The notes beneath the pieces were generated by a model. It was not told where the DNA came from. It saw only the letters and a list, made by a program, of their open reading frames with translations, and did no database searches. From positions 911,081-975,080 of the forward strand of contig OZ287695.1 of NCBI GenBank assembly GCA_965649825.1: DNA of 64,000 nucleotides, in the 5' to 3' direction. The translations under genes were made by a program, and so were the position numbers. Of this stretch, positions 36,849-50,213 are shown one piece after another (the stretch's first letter is position 1; each line of letters begins with the position of its first letter). This stretch comes from Penicillus capitatus (Eukaryota > Plantae > Chlorophyta).

Positions 36849-37879
36849 ATGGCACTGCGTCGTCTCACCAGACTTCGGTCTGCCTTGAAGCCGATGGTGG
36901 GGCGGGAGATGCCGTGGACGTGTGAGAGATCTTCTGTCCCACGTCTCCTCCAGGGCGTCCTGCAGCAGGAAGCTCATCTCTGGATTCGCAGTTTCGCTTC
37001 CACGACGTCCTTTCCCACGAATCTTCCCCTGTTCTCCTCCACGCTGTACGCGCACTCGGTCATGCATCCCGTGGGGTACAGATGTCACACAAGATGTGTG
37101 GAGATCTACTGTTTTGCAGTGGCTTCTCATTTCTCGGCCCTTCTCGACAGAATTCTCATCCGGAGGAGACAAGAAAAACGCCCAGCAATCCGCCGGGAAG
37201 AAATCTCTGATGATCGAAGAAGAGGAGTACGAGAGCATCACCGATAAAATCCCGGAGAAGCCGATGACGGCAGCGGAAGGCATCTCCTATACCTTCATCA
37301 TTCTGGCTGCCTTCGCTGTCCATCTCACGCACTCCAATCGACGGACGCGCTCGATGGCGTAAAGTATAGGTGTTGGCGATGTGTCTCTGGGCGTTTATCG
37401 TCAACTATGTTTGGGATCCCATCGAGTACACCTGTTTCAACATCACGCTCGAAAAACTGCGTTCCGATCCACGGGTCACCGTCCGAGTTGGAGACGTCAT
37501 CAAAGGTCATCTCTCACTCTTCTCACACTTTTTCGTAGATGGCGGCTATCGCAGGATACGGAACGGATTCGATGAATCGTCGGCAGCGGCACGTGATCCG
37601 GAATCGAAAATATCGAGACGCCAACGGCACGGATCACACTCAAGTGCGTCCTCTTACTCGGTGTCTTCGGTAGAGACGTGGCACTCGTATGCGCAGATTC
37701 AGTTCAACATTCGAGGATCGGGTGGCGTCGGGATCGTTTACGCCGATATGTTTCAGGATGCGTCCAAACAATGGCAATACACGTATCTTTATGTGGATAT
37801 CCCAGAAAAGGGCAAGAATGCCTCGCAGCGATTGGCCATCGTCACACCTCCCCTCCACAACGTCCCATCAAGTCTCTAG
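36849..37879 (+). CDS. TIM21: Mitochondrial import inner membrane translocase subunit Tim21
   Basis: Arg-rich presequence, [13 protein letters not shown], then [39 protein letters not shown]. Confidence 0.8.
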
Positions 37880-38182
37880 ATTTGCAAAAAGCGCCTCCCA
37901 GTCTGGCGTTCTTGACTGCCCCGATCGAATCCAACGTCGCTTCAGCTCTTCGAACACCGACTCGTTGTTACTGTGTCGAAGCACGGATCGTTTTGTATCG
38001 CGAGATGGGATGGGGGGTACTAGTGCCGTAGACAGGTGTCGAGTGCACGAAGCTTGGCTCGGCATTTCCACACCACGGATATCATCTTGTCCTGCGTACA
38101 GGCGACATACGCTTCGATGGAGTCCTTGCATTGCGCCACGGCGTGTTGCTTGAGACGGTAGCGCAATCCTAAGCCATCCCTA

Positions 38183-38424
38183 CGTCTTTGTGCGACGCGG
38201 GATTCTCAATCGTCACCTTGTTCGGCGCGTTTGGAGATCGTGGGTGTTTGCGCCATTGTGTTGCGGACGTCACATCACGTTACGACGTCGATCGATGGCA
38301 CACCACGGCTTCACGCTTCCCCATGGAAGCCATCCCCCGCGTTGCTCCTCCGTCGCCTCACGTCCCGGACGACCTTTTCGCAGCAGTCGGGTTCCGCGAG
38401 TACCACTGGTACGCGTTAAGAAAC
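38183..38424 (+). repeat. Diverged duplicate of the 5' region (upstream + transit peptide) of the kinase-like gene at 46178-46414
   Basis: Direct alignment of ~240 bp with scattered substitutions and small indels. Confidence 0.9.
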
Positions 38425-39504
38425 ATACCGGGCTCAAGTGGCCACTGTCTGCTTCTTCAACATATCAACTTCTTATTTCAATTCCACCACTCTTTCCATA
38501 TCGTGGAGATGTCTCTCGAGGGAATCTTCTATTGCTTACCTTGCGAAAGATGCGTTGTCCTCACGGCCTGATGAAACCGTGCGAATTCATGTGCTTATTA
38601 CCTGAATCCATTGTATCCTGGCTGCTGCACTCAGCTGTCGGTTAGCAGCTACGGTGCTTTGGAAGCTCTGTGCCAGAGTTGGCAAATACAGGACCACGAT
38701 TTTCGGGAAATAGTTGATTGTGTCATAATCTTGCACTATTAATCAAACGTCGTACGGAACGTGAGGTGTTCAAGCGTATTTCTCACCACCGCCACCTACT
38801 CGGAAAGACGGCAAGGAAGTGTCTTTTCGGCATCTGACGAAGTAAACGCAAACAGTCGCTGCAACCGTGTCGGAGGGAGATAAGGAATTCGGCTATGCGA
38901 CTCGTCAAACCGATATCCCGTCGACACGCTGTGTGTTCGTTACGTAACTGAAATAGCCCCTGAAACACACACCTCAGCACAACTGAAGAGCGCGTGCCTT
39001 GGATTCCCGTTGTTCGGTGACCTGCTGCGATTGAGGTCCTGCCGCCGCCATTCTGAACTGTCGTCCTTGCACTTAATTTTTCGTTTACAGACGCCGTCTG
39101 CCTTCTCTGAACAAAAACGCTTTCAAAGACCGACCGTGTCGACGTTTCTTCTGAGACCACATTTTCGGCACGACACACCACCACAATTCGAGTCGCGCAC
39201 TGCTGACGCATATTCTTTCTTGTCAACTTCTCTCCGTGCCGGAAAAAGGAGTCAAAGGAAGTTGCTATGAGAGTCCGACGCATGCATCGGCGTCACAGTC
39301 CAATCAAAGCAGACGCTCCGCAGCCAACAAGATATCACTCGATTGGCTAGCGCTGACGCAGACTCGATGCCAGTTACCATACAAAAGGTCACCGCGCAGC
39401 AACTTTTCACCAATGTTCGTTTTTGCCTTTCCCTCTTCTATCGACACTGTTTACGCTGGTCTCTGAAGACTTGACGCGCTCTTCTCGTCCCTATCCAATC
39501 GAAG

Positions 39505-40351
39505 ATGAGATTCGCATTCGGTCTCCTTGTCTGTCTGTTCTTCGCGGTGCGAACATTGCGCCGTTGAAGAGAGGACGTTGACTCTGATGCGTATATGTCG
39601 CAGGGGGTCTATTCGCGTCCGGACGAAGGTCTTTCCCGACGCGGAAGAGAACTGTGCGCAGGTTTGAATATCGACCCGTGTCGCGTACTCGACAGACTGT
39701 TTCCTGTGCACGTATAGACTGCGACCACATCTTCGTCGGCACAACTTGGCCGGGTGGCGACACATCCGATTCTCCCATTCCGGGCATTGACAACGCACGC
39801 GACTGCTGTGCGGTGTGCCAGAGCATGCGTACCCCATATCCAAGACGAAGTAACATACATTTTTGTTGTTTTTTTTCGATGACACGAATGTCATGTCAAT
39901 GCGCCAGTATGCGCGGCTTCCGTTTTCCAGTCTGGCCAGTGTTATCTCAAGAACATAGTCTATCAGCCCACAGATTGCATGACCTGCGAAAGCGTTAACT
40001 TTAATGAGCCGGTAGGTCGTTTCCTGTGCTCGAATTCAGACAAACGTCGTGCCGTAGGATTTGGACCCGAAATACAATCCTGATTACGGGCACGACAGAT
40101 ACGGCGGAGACATTCCCGGTCCGTTTCCCACGTACGAAGGCGTCAGTGACCCCAACGTTTGCGGCCAGTACTGCGAAGACAATCCTGGTCCTTCTGTCTC
40201 TGTTCTGTTCTCAGATGGCTAATTCCGCTTTGCGTGCGTAGAGTGCATTGCGTTCATTTGGAGAAGAGATCATTGGCATTGCTGGCTCAAGAATCAGTTG
40301 AATAGTCTGACGGAGTGCCCGGCATGTGTTCTGGGCTATCGCCCAGAGTAG
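39505..40351 (+). CDS. Small secreted protein with two PAN/Apple-like domains
   Basis: Signal peptide MRFAFGLLVCLFFA; WPGGD...DNARDCCAVCQ...GQCYLK and YGGDIP...CGQYCEDNP...ECIAFIW...HCWLK; spliced model. Confidence 0.75.
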
Positions 40352-41788
40352 CTTTTGCTCTGACACTGTTTATCTATCTCAGCCACTCTCGTGTCTGTTT
40401 AGGTAACACGGTTTGCTCGGGAAACAAGTGGCGACTCTGGCACAAATGATGCCCTTCTGTAAACTCTTTCTGTCGCCGCTTTTGTTCTTGTTTCGTTGTT
40501 CTTTATAAACGTACCTTTCTCTTTCCTGAACTCAAATGTATATGGATCAATGAAAACGAATGGCGTGAAGTGTTTTGTAACAATCTGTAAGGATCGCGTG
40601 AATTGCTGCAATTGACAGCGACTCGCAGCATAGACGATAACAGAAATAAAGACGCGACCAAAAAATGCAAACCGATCTTCTTAGTCGATGCACTGGGTGC
40701 ATCTAAAACCTGTCGTCTCAAGGAAACCGAAAACAAAAGACCGAGTTCAGTCCATGCAACAGTTCTTCGTACTTTGCTGATAGGGCCGCAGGAACTGGGC
40801 GTAACGCTGCTGGCCGATGTGCCGACGTCGCCAGCGACGAAAATCCAATCACTACTCGCGGCAAAGAACTTCGTCCTTTCAGACAACGTGCACATCTGTT
40901 GTCTCTGTATCCTCTCTGTCACAGCTCGATGCTGTACCTGCTGCCCTTTGAGCAGGAGTTTGTCGCGTCAGTCTGTTGAGACGTGTTGCAAACCGGCACT
41001 GATCTTCGAAGGTCCGAGGAGTCAACGCATCTGAAAACCTGTATCCAATGGATCTTCCTGCCAAGTAGCATTCTGCTCTGCTACTCTAAGAGTGATGCGA
41101 GAGCGTCTTCGACTATGTCCTTGGCGTCGTGGATGTAGCTGTCAAGATCGGGACGCTCAGCAATCTAGACAACAATAGTGATGGCTGCATTGCCGGTCTC
41201 TCCATGACAAGCACAGACACCACATTCATTCACACCGCTACTCAAGCAGCACGTTTCTGATGCATCCGAGGCCTAAACAGACAACTAAGGATATGCTAGG
41301 ACAAACAGACGACAGGCATCGGACTCCACAACATAGACCAGCAGTATCTTGAAAGCAGGATTCATCGCTAACGGGCTTTCTGCGGCCATCCAGTGGTTTC
41401 CCACATAGCAGTTTACATCGGTGTCGATTTAGGTGTCTCCATTCCGTCGTCCATCACATCACCTCCGGATTGATAAAAGACACCAGAACGGCAGCACACC
41501 TCTTTGCCATTCAGCAGTGATGGGGTCCAAGTTCGGATGCCGAGCATCTGCCCCGAAAACTAAAACTAGGCATGCGGATCAGAAGAGATCGGCGAGGACA
41601 GCGATTCTCGTTCGCTTTTCATGTTCGTCAGAGGCGGCACGCGTCGTTAGACCGGATTCAAAAAACGGCTCCGATGCTCATTAAACCAAACATTGTCAGA
41701 TACCCGGATTGTTCAGAGAGTCATGCAAAATCTCCAGAACTCATACCGGAAAGAATACGATCGGCTTCTCGTCCGTTAAGCGACGCAT

Positions 41789-42289
41789 TTAATAACAATC
41801 GCCTCGATACCATCCAGGTATCGTAAGAGGGGGAGACTCGGAAGTGAATCCCCTGCACAGCGTATCTCCCGCTGGGGTGTAGTCCCATGATTTATACCCT
41901 ACACAGCGCCAAACCCATTCGACATTCGGTTGAATCGACTAGGCAACGTACCATGGCTGCACATGTAATTTTTACATCCCCACCAAAGAGCCTCCTTCTT
42001 CGTGTATGTAGGAGTACCCGTATACTTCTGGCCAGAGGCCGAACCTACACAAACATAGCAAACGTGAGATTTTGCTGCAGAACCATACGTATTAGATTGT
42101 CGAGTCCCTCTTTCAAGAACAGTTTGTCGATGACGTCTTCGTCGACGACGGACTCTGTGGTTGGGCGGTAAGCACTCGCCTACCAAAACAGCAAACAGTC
42201 GCATCATAGGTTTCTGGTGGACGAAGGGATCTTGCTGCGTGGAGGCAGAAAAGTGCGGCAAAAACGAACAGGGCTGCGTTAGCGGACAT
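41789..42289 (-). CDS. Orphan small secreted cysteine-containing protein (~125 aa, 4 exons)
   Basis: Signal peptide MSANAALFVFAALFCLHAA; three GT-AG phase-1 introns give a continuous frame ending ...PGWYRGDCY*. Confidence 0.65.
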
Positions 42290-43881
42290 GGTGCTGGGAA
42301 CGGAGTTCGAAGAACTTCGGAGGTACAGAAGACACAAACGCGCAAAGGGGATTGGCAGTGGTCGAAAATTGTGCTCGAGTTTGTACCATGCAGCTGGAAG
42401 TCGCGTTCTTAATCCAGACAGCAAAAGCGAAGTGACGTGTCCAGATTCGGCACTGCCTCGTCAGCTGACGAACACTGATTCCGATTCGATCGTATCCGCC
42501 ACCTGCGATCTAGCAACTGGTGTTGCATGGAGAGCTTGCTGATGATTCTCATGCACGCATTCGGGAACAGCCACGATGTGACTGCCTCTGGTTGGCGCGC
42601 ATGCGCTAGACGGTTAGCGTCTATTTACCTTTCAGCACGAACCGAAGCAGTCTCCCTGGGAGACGAGACGCAGTCCACCATCTAGCACGCTTAACGTGCA
42701 GAAGAGGGGCTTCACCTTCACTTCACGGGGACTGAGTTGACTGCTCGGACGGAAGGATGCAGTCGTCTGGTGCCATTTATCGCTGATGCCGTCGCAACAG
42801 AGAATATCTTGTAAGTAAGGCATTTGCAAAAAGGAACTTAGGTGCGCTGTCAAAGGTGGCTGACGAGAGATCTCTGCGCGAAAGAAACCTAAAGTCGAAG
42901 GTATTCTGCGTCGCCAGATTCAGTCGGACACGTCACCTGGGCGAATAATCTAGATCGCAAGGAGAAGGAACAGGATGCTTCGCATCTTGTCCATGGCAAC
43001 TGCTGCCCTGTCGACGGCACTGGCAACGGTCATATCTCCTTCGCCACGGCTTACCACGATGATGCGTGACAGCGCGTAGGGGATAGACGTGCAGAGGCAA
43101 GGACAGTCACATCCATGATGGCTGAAGGAATGCTAAAGACGCAGTCGATATCAGCCGTTAACGGTCGCCGTATTCTGTCAAACAGCATCCAGCAAATCAG
43201 ACAGACATTCAAACAGGTCACACTTTCTATCCGATATCGCCAAGAGAAACTCTATGAGTTTCGAATTGTATTTCATCGTGATGATAAATACTCTATGCAG
43301 CAGCATCGATGTCAGTCCTTCCCACATAGGCCATAACCATTCTGGCAGAAGCTGCAGCAGGTCACATCATAAAGAGACGGGTTAAGCATGCATGCATGGA
43401 TGTGTAAACGTCATGTCGCAGTTTTCGATCTTCGCGGGCGAAGGAAAGCATTTAGACGACGTTATGGGTTTCCTTGTCCGCTGCGTCTTGCCTAAAACAG
43501 CAGAGACGATGGCATGAGGTGACGTTGCTTTGCAGACATGCCTGCCAGCTGTGCGAAGGAAGATGGCTGGTCACCGCGAAAGTTTATAGGAAGATCTTCT
43601 GTCTGACACGTCGCCTAAGGACACAGCGCCGTCAAACATGATACCGTTCCATCGACGAGCACGGCAAAGCACTTCGCGTCTCGCCGCAGGAGTTAATTCT
43701 CATGGTCGCCATCAACACGACGCACAGCGTGTCTGGATCGTGAGACAATGTGAAAAGACGTGGCGCGTGCGAATCTAAAAGAGAGGGCCTCCGATGGCGT
43801 TTTTTGCATCGCGCTTTTTTGTGCCGCATTGGCATAGACGTCAGCAAATGGATCACTACGGCGGTTTACAAGATCTGCAGA

Positions 43882-45024
43882 TTACAACGCATCTCCTCGC
43901 TCTTCAATTATTCCGATGCCTTCGGCATCCGTGTCGATATTCTCTTCCACCGATCCATCCGTCGTTGTCGGTTTGGCGTTTTCGATGCGCTCACAGACGA
44001 TCACGCGCGTCGTCTCCTGTCACACAATGGCGTTGGTTTCTGGAGAGACAAAAGCGAAGGGACTTGTGTCTTGAACGCCGGATGTTGGCAAAGGAGAGGC
44101 GAGTTGACGTTCACGGTGTAGTGACAGGTTGGGCCTTCGGTGACGGATGCCAAAAGAGTGGCACTCAACTGACTCTGCTCCTCGCAGACAAAACGCACCT
44201 GATGGACACACGTGGAATAACAGGCGTTGTCGAGGTAATATGTGTGACCTCCGTCGTGCGTTTCTCCTTCGTTTCGTCACAGATGTCGCCGTTTCTATAG
44301 AGCTGTCGGATGTACTTAACCGTCTTGCCCCCCGCGATATCCTCCTAAGAGCGGCGAAGGCAGTGGGTCAGGTGCGATTGGACAGGTTGGTTGACCTTAC
44401 TCGGATCTCGTTGTCAGGTTCCTGGGTTGGATCGAAGAACCCGAGAGCGTAATCCGCCTTCATCGACTCCTCTTTATCGTCATGGTATTGACGCACGTGA
44501 CGACCGAAACAGAATTTGTACGTCCACCAAAGCTCAATGCGCTTGAAACATGCCGACTCTGGCAGGCACAAAGGCATACATGATCATTATCCACTTCATC
44601 TGCCTCCTTACCGAGAGGAGCCAGGAAATCGAATGGGCTCTTCTCCGCAACACCAGTCGCCTGAGTGATGATAGAGAAAAAGAGTGAGATTGGTATCGAG
44701 GCGTACGTGCGTTGATGTGACTGTTTCGGTAGAAGGCCGTTCGGGTATGGCGCAGGAATAGACGTTGCCTTCGGCGGACGTCAGGACGACGCGTTGAGAT
44801 GACGTCCCTGGAACGAAGGCACCCTGAGAGGTCTCCTCTTCCGCTTCTGCCGATGTTAGGGCGACGATATAGTTGAAGGCATCGCGCTCGAAGCTCGGGA
44901 TGCCGTCTGAGCCCAAAAAAACGTCACATCACAGGTGAGGACGATCGTCGGCGCGACCTGGAATGACTGCCGTGTAGCAGAGAACGGCCGAAAAGCAGAA
45001 GGGTAACCAAAGCAAGACAGTCAT
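43882..45024 (-). CDS. OS9: OS-9/YOS9-like ER lectin (MRH domain)
   Basis: Signal peptide; WWTYKFCFGRHVRQYH; VRFVCE...VTEGPTCHYTVNVNSPLLCQHP; ends ...RGDAL*. Confidence 0.85.
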
Positions 45025-45070
45025 GACGATGCGCCGCAGGGTGGAATGATGTGACGTGAGTTTGCAGACG

Positions 45071-45709
45071 ATGGCATCATCGAAGGTCAGCCGCCCATCC
45101 GTTTGCCTTTTACAAGCGCAGAGATGAGGTTGCGATACAGGTCGGCGAATCGCTGCCAGATGTGACCCTCTGGGGCGCACAGCCGGACGAGGCTGTGGAG
45201 ATTCGAAAGGTATGCGCCGGAAAACGATGCATCATTGTCGGTATCCCTGGCCCCTTTACACCCGTCTGTAGTGCGGTAAGAACGACGCCTCGTCGCATGT
45301 GTGATAAAAAGAGTGAGACAGGCGCACTTGCCTGGATACCTCGCATCTTATGAAAAACTCAAAGAGCTGAATGTGGATATCATTGCCTTCGTATCCGTGG
45401 CCGATACGTTTGTTATGACGGCGTGGGGCAAGGATCAGAATGTAGAGGACAAGGTCGGCCACAGATGTGCGGAATCTGAGTGCGATGGGTCTGTTGCGTT
45501 AGATTTCGATCTGGGCAGATAAGCACATGGAATTGACAAAAGCATTGGACGTGGTGTTGGACGCCGAAGCGGTCTTTGGCACGAAACGCAGTCACAGATT
45601 CTCGATGTTCGTGGAAGACAATGAGATCAAAGCGTTCTTCTTGGAGGAGGACCCTGGAAAGCTGACGGTCACATCAGCGGAAGAGATGATCAAGTTTCTG
45701 AGTGCCTGA
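45071..45709 (+). CDS. Type II peroxiredoxin (PRX5-like)
   Basis: IQVGESLPD, GIPGPFTPVCS (peroxidatic Cys), HLPGY, SVADTFVMTAWG, RSHRFSMFVED. Confidence 0.9.
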
Positions 45710-46284
45710 AACGCCGGCGCCTTGTTTTGTCTGGACCAGGGACTGTGGTGTCACCGGGATCGGTGATGTAAAGGCTTCGTGGCAGTGTCTCTTCATCTAA
45801 AAGACTCTGCACACGAGTTGCTCCTTATTGTTGAATGAGCTGCGCCCAATCGTGTCCTGAAGGACTGGCCGTCACAGGCGATCGCTATCGATCTAAGTCG
45901 CGTGCATCCCGAGCTTCACGCGAAGCAACGATCCCTGTATATACTGAACGCGTGCAGGGATTCCGAAAAAGCCGTTTATGGCGAACGTCTTCGCAATCAG
46001 TCGGTATACGACAGGTTGAAGAGTAGTTCTAGAGTCGAGGTTCTACTAGTTTTGTCCGTAGCTGAACTCTCACATCTCAACAGTCCATTCTCCAACAACT
46101 ATCGGATGGACATCTATAAAAACTCCTCTGGTGTATCTTTCTATATCTTAAGGAATCTAAGTTTCGTTTCTGGCCACCGTCTCTGTGCGACGCAGGATTC
46201 TCAATCGTCACCTTACGGCGCGTTTGGAGATCGTGGGTGTTTGGGCCATTGTGTTGCGGACGTCACATCACGTTACGACGATCG

Positions 46285-47776
46285 ATGGCGCTGCACTGCT
46301 TCACGCTTCCCCATCGAAGCCATCCCCCGCGTCGCTCCTCCGTCACCTCACGTCCAGGACGGCCTTTTCGCAGCAGTCGAGTCTCACGAGTGCCACTGAG
46401 ACGCGTAAAGAAACGTCGCGTCAACAGTTTGAGTGAAAATGGAGGCGATGGAGAGCCTGTGGATATCGACCAGTTAGCTAAACAGCTTTCCAATGCCGCC
46501 CGTCGGCGTCGCTCTCTCAACCAATCCCCATTCGCCGACCGCAAAGAAGACTTTGACGTCGACGAGTTCGAAATCGTCCAGTCGCTGGGATACCTGAGTG
46601 TCAAGGTAACCCGTCCGAAAACGCTGTTAGAGGACCCGCCTGTCTCGGAGTCTGCTTCTGACAGCACAGCCGTCCTCGCTTTTGTGGCTCGCTATTTCAG
46701 TGGAAAGCCTTATCAGTATCCTGTGTACACTCTTCTGAAAGAGTATCTCCCACCTGCACGGCCGATTGCGGAGAATGAGTTTCGAGCGTTGATGCGACTA
46801 TCTGCCATTCCGAGAGACAAATGGGAGGTAGAGTGATCGCCACCGAGAGAACGCATACATCTCTGGGAGTGATGCCAGGCAGCGAGTGCGTCAGGTGACA
46901 GAACGGCACCTGTCGTGCAGCTTCTCGGTTATTTTCGTGGCGCTCCGGCAGACAACGCCGAGGAACGCTGTTCGGAGAGGCAATGCAGTTTGTGGTTTGT
47001 CTACAAATGGGAGGAAATGAAGCCACTGAGTGCTTACTTTATGGCAGAGCAGTCACATCCAGGTATCATCTGGCCATGGGCCAAATCCAAACAAAAAGAA
47101 ATCCAGTCGCGGCACCGAATGATACGGTCATTGAATACGGTTCGCTCGAAGGTGATGTGACAGCTGTGTGGATCAGGTCGATTCTGAGAGGAGTGATGGA
47201 GGCCGTTATCTACTGCCATACGAAAGGCGTTGTGCATGGATCACTTGGATCTGGGTCGGTGCTGCTGAGCACATTCGATGACTACGCTGCCGATTCTCTC
47301 AAAATCCAACTCGACAATTTTGGCTTCGCTGCTTACCTGCCTCCCATCAAGGGTACACCTTCTCTCGCTTCACCTGTAGCTTCTCCACAGCTTCTGCGGA
47401 TCAGGGAATCTGGTAGACGAGAATGTCGCCATGGCAATGAGACAAGACTCGCAAGCAGTGGGCCTGCTCCTGCTGGAGACGGTGATCTTGGCATTGACAG
47501 AAGACAAAGATGCCACGGCAGCGTCTTTCGTCGAGCGCCTGGTGATGGAGATTTTCAGAGACGATTTTGCCGGACTAAAGTACGACCACAACAGACTTCC
47601 TTCCTTCATACCGCTGTCTGTACAGAGAATACTGCATTAGCGAGTCGAATTGGACACGAGCCGTGCTGTATATGAACGGACGAGAGGAAGCTGGATGGAA
47701 GCTGCTTCAAGAGCTGCTCGATGGAAAATTCTGCCCATCGCTGTTGCAGCATCGATTTCTCGCAGATGTAAAATGA
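46285..47776 (+). CDS. Probable plastid-targeted protein kinase-like protein (likely pseudokinase)
   Basis: Ser/Arg-rich transit-like N-terminus; YCHTKGVVHGSLG where HRD is expected; LDNFGF where DFG is expected; C-lobe GWKLLQELL. Confidence 0.65.
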
Positions 47777-47851
47777 AGTGACGTCTGCCGCTGTTCCCTT
47801 AATGGCCGTGCCGCGATCGACAGAATCGTTCCCGTATTGATTCGCAGCGTC

Positions 47852-50159
47852 ATGAGCGCAAACAATAACCCCGATGGAAGTGCGTATTGCCGCCTGGCGT
47901 CGCCGCTTTCGATTTCGCGTTCTGCAGGTGGGCAAGGCAGCGACAGTCGACAGTCGCTTTTCGGTTTTGGCCAGGCCACTCCAACCTCTGCACCGCAACG
48001 TGAGATGCCGCACGATCGTGTGTCCGAAACCCATCGACGGTGTGTGCGCGACAGAGGGCGGTTTTGCGAACGCATCCTCGGCGCATCCGTTCGCATCGGG
48101 GTCCGCTCCGCTCTTTAGCGGGAGCTCGCCGTTTGGTGTCCCGGCTTCCGGCGGTACGTCGTCTGTGACGTGTTCGCTTCCGACGATCGATATTGTGTGC
48201 GTAGGCGGGCTGTTTGGGAACACGACGGGGTCAGTTTTTGGGCCGCCCGGCAATGCCCCCGCCTCATCTTCCTTCCCCGCTTTCGGCATCACCTCACAGG
48301 CGCCATCGTTAACGACGCCGACCCTGAGCAGTTTCAACCCTGCATCTGCGGGGTCTCCTCTGGGCTCTGCGGCGACAACGGGGTTTGGATCGGGATCGGC
48401 AGTGGGATTTGGTGTTGGTCAGGGAACAGCGACGACCATGTCGACACCGACTTACTTCGGAGTGACGTCTGGAGGGACGGGCGCGTTTGCGAGCGCCCCA
48501 TCTCAGAGCAGTCTCTTCCCAGTGCCCTCGAGTGCACCGTCCGCAATTCCCTTCAGTGTCCTCGGCGGATCGACAACGAGTGGAATCGCCTCTGGATCGG
48601 GAGGATTGCCGAGTGGAATGTCGTCATCGTCGACGCCTCTCTTTCCTTCGCAACCGAGCTCCACTCCCTTAGGATTTGTCCCGTCGACCGTGCAGAGCTC
48701 TGGATCCAGTTTCCTGGGCGGTTCATTGGCGACATCAACGCCAATGCTCTTTGCCGGCGTGAGCGGGACACAAGCCGGCATCGGCGTCGGTGGCAATAGT
48801 TTCTCTTTGGGAACGGGCAGCTCGTCGAGTGGAGTGGCTTTCCCATCCGCTTCTTCTTCCTCACTCTTTCAGCCGACAATGAGTGGAGGGTTTGGATTCG
48901 GGCCCACATCTGCCGCCAGTACATCCAGTGTCCCATCGGAGACGCCGACCTTCAACTTGGGCTCCACTTCTGGAAGCAGTTTCCTCAGCGGGGCCACTAT
49001 CTTCTTTTCCTCATCTACCTCATCCTTTGCACCGAGTGCCTCCTCTCCCGCGATGCCAAGCAGCAGTTCCACGGCGAATCCCTTTTCGACAACATCGACT
49101 GGGAGCTTTCAGTGGACAGCAACCCAACCGTCGCCACGATCTCCCGGAAACAGAGCCACAGGCAGTGCCTTTTCAGCAGCTCAGCCAGCGCAGCCTAATG
49201 TGACATCCAGCCCTGGCATCAGTCCATTAGTCTCTTTGGCAGCGGCGACGCCTATTCCAAACATTGGATCCCAAGGAGCAATGCCGCATAGATGGTCCCC
49301 TTCAAGGTCGCCGCCTTCAGAGATTCGTCCAGAAACGTCGTCTCCCCCTACAGCTGCACAGTCACCGCCTGTATCTTCGCCTCCGGTCGCGAGCTCCCCG
49401 CCGTCACCGCAGACCAATGCGTTCTCCAGTGGACCTGCTGTTCAGCCGTCAGCCCCCGTGGCCTCATCTGCTCCGGTTGCACTGTCGAGTGCTTCCCAGT
49501 CAGCTGCCGCAGCCTCCTCCGCTGCTCTGGCAGCACCTGCAAGAGGACAAGAGATTGGCAGCATCTTGCACGTGGCGCTTCCATTGGGCCACCAAATGGA
49601 AGATGACTTCCGCTTCATCTCAGGTCATACATCCTCATAGACGATGCCGTTGCCGATGGGACTGTTGTGCAGATCGATTAGCGGAACGGGATGTCGATAT
49701 CATCGAACGCGGACAACAGCTTAATAAGGTCATCGAAGAGTACAAAGATCTCGTTTCCCGTCAAAAATACTGCGAACAAGAGATGCAGCGTCTGGAAGCC
49801 CTTGTCAATGTACGCCTCCTTATTCCTCACCTCTCCTCTCACCTCTCCGTTTCCCTCTGTAGCATACGCAGCAAGTCAGCAAGGTCTTTATGGAACGGAT
49901 GAAAAATCATGCCGGCGGAACGCAAGCGGCATTGAGAGCCGTCTTCGATCGTATGTACGATGGACTGATCGAGTGCAATGCAACGTTTTCTGAACTGGAA
50001 GATATCATGGAGAAAGTCTATAGCGAACGAACAGGTCCGATAGAAGCGCGTACAGCGCCCGAAGCCCCTTCCATCTTGGAAGTCGAAGAAATCATGGTGG
50101 CGATCAAAGATTTCGAAGAACGACGCAAGAGAATAGCAAACATGCTCAATATGGTGTAA
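47852..50159 (+). CDS. FG-repeat nucleoporin, Nup62/Nsp1-like
   Basis: Long Ser/Gly/Ala-rich region with LFG/PFG/FGFG/FSLG motifs followed by spliced coiled-coil exons (DIIERGQQLNKVIEEYKDLVSRQKYCEQEMQRLE). Confidence 0.65.
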
Positions 50160-50213
50160 GCAAACCATCAACACCTTATCGTACTCACGACACGACACAG
50201 CGGCGCGTCCGTT

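Noticed and set aside
40400-41700. ORFs of 120-143 aa on both strands
   Set aside because: No motifs or splice-consistent model; likely non-coding or decayed
47606-49417. Long minus-strand ORFs opposite the nucleoporin
   Set aside because: Expected antisense shadows of Ser/Gly/Ala-rich coding sequence
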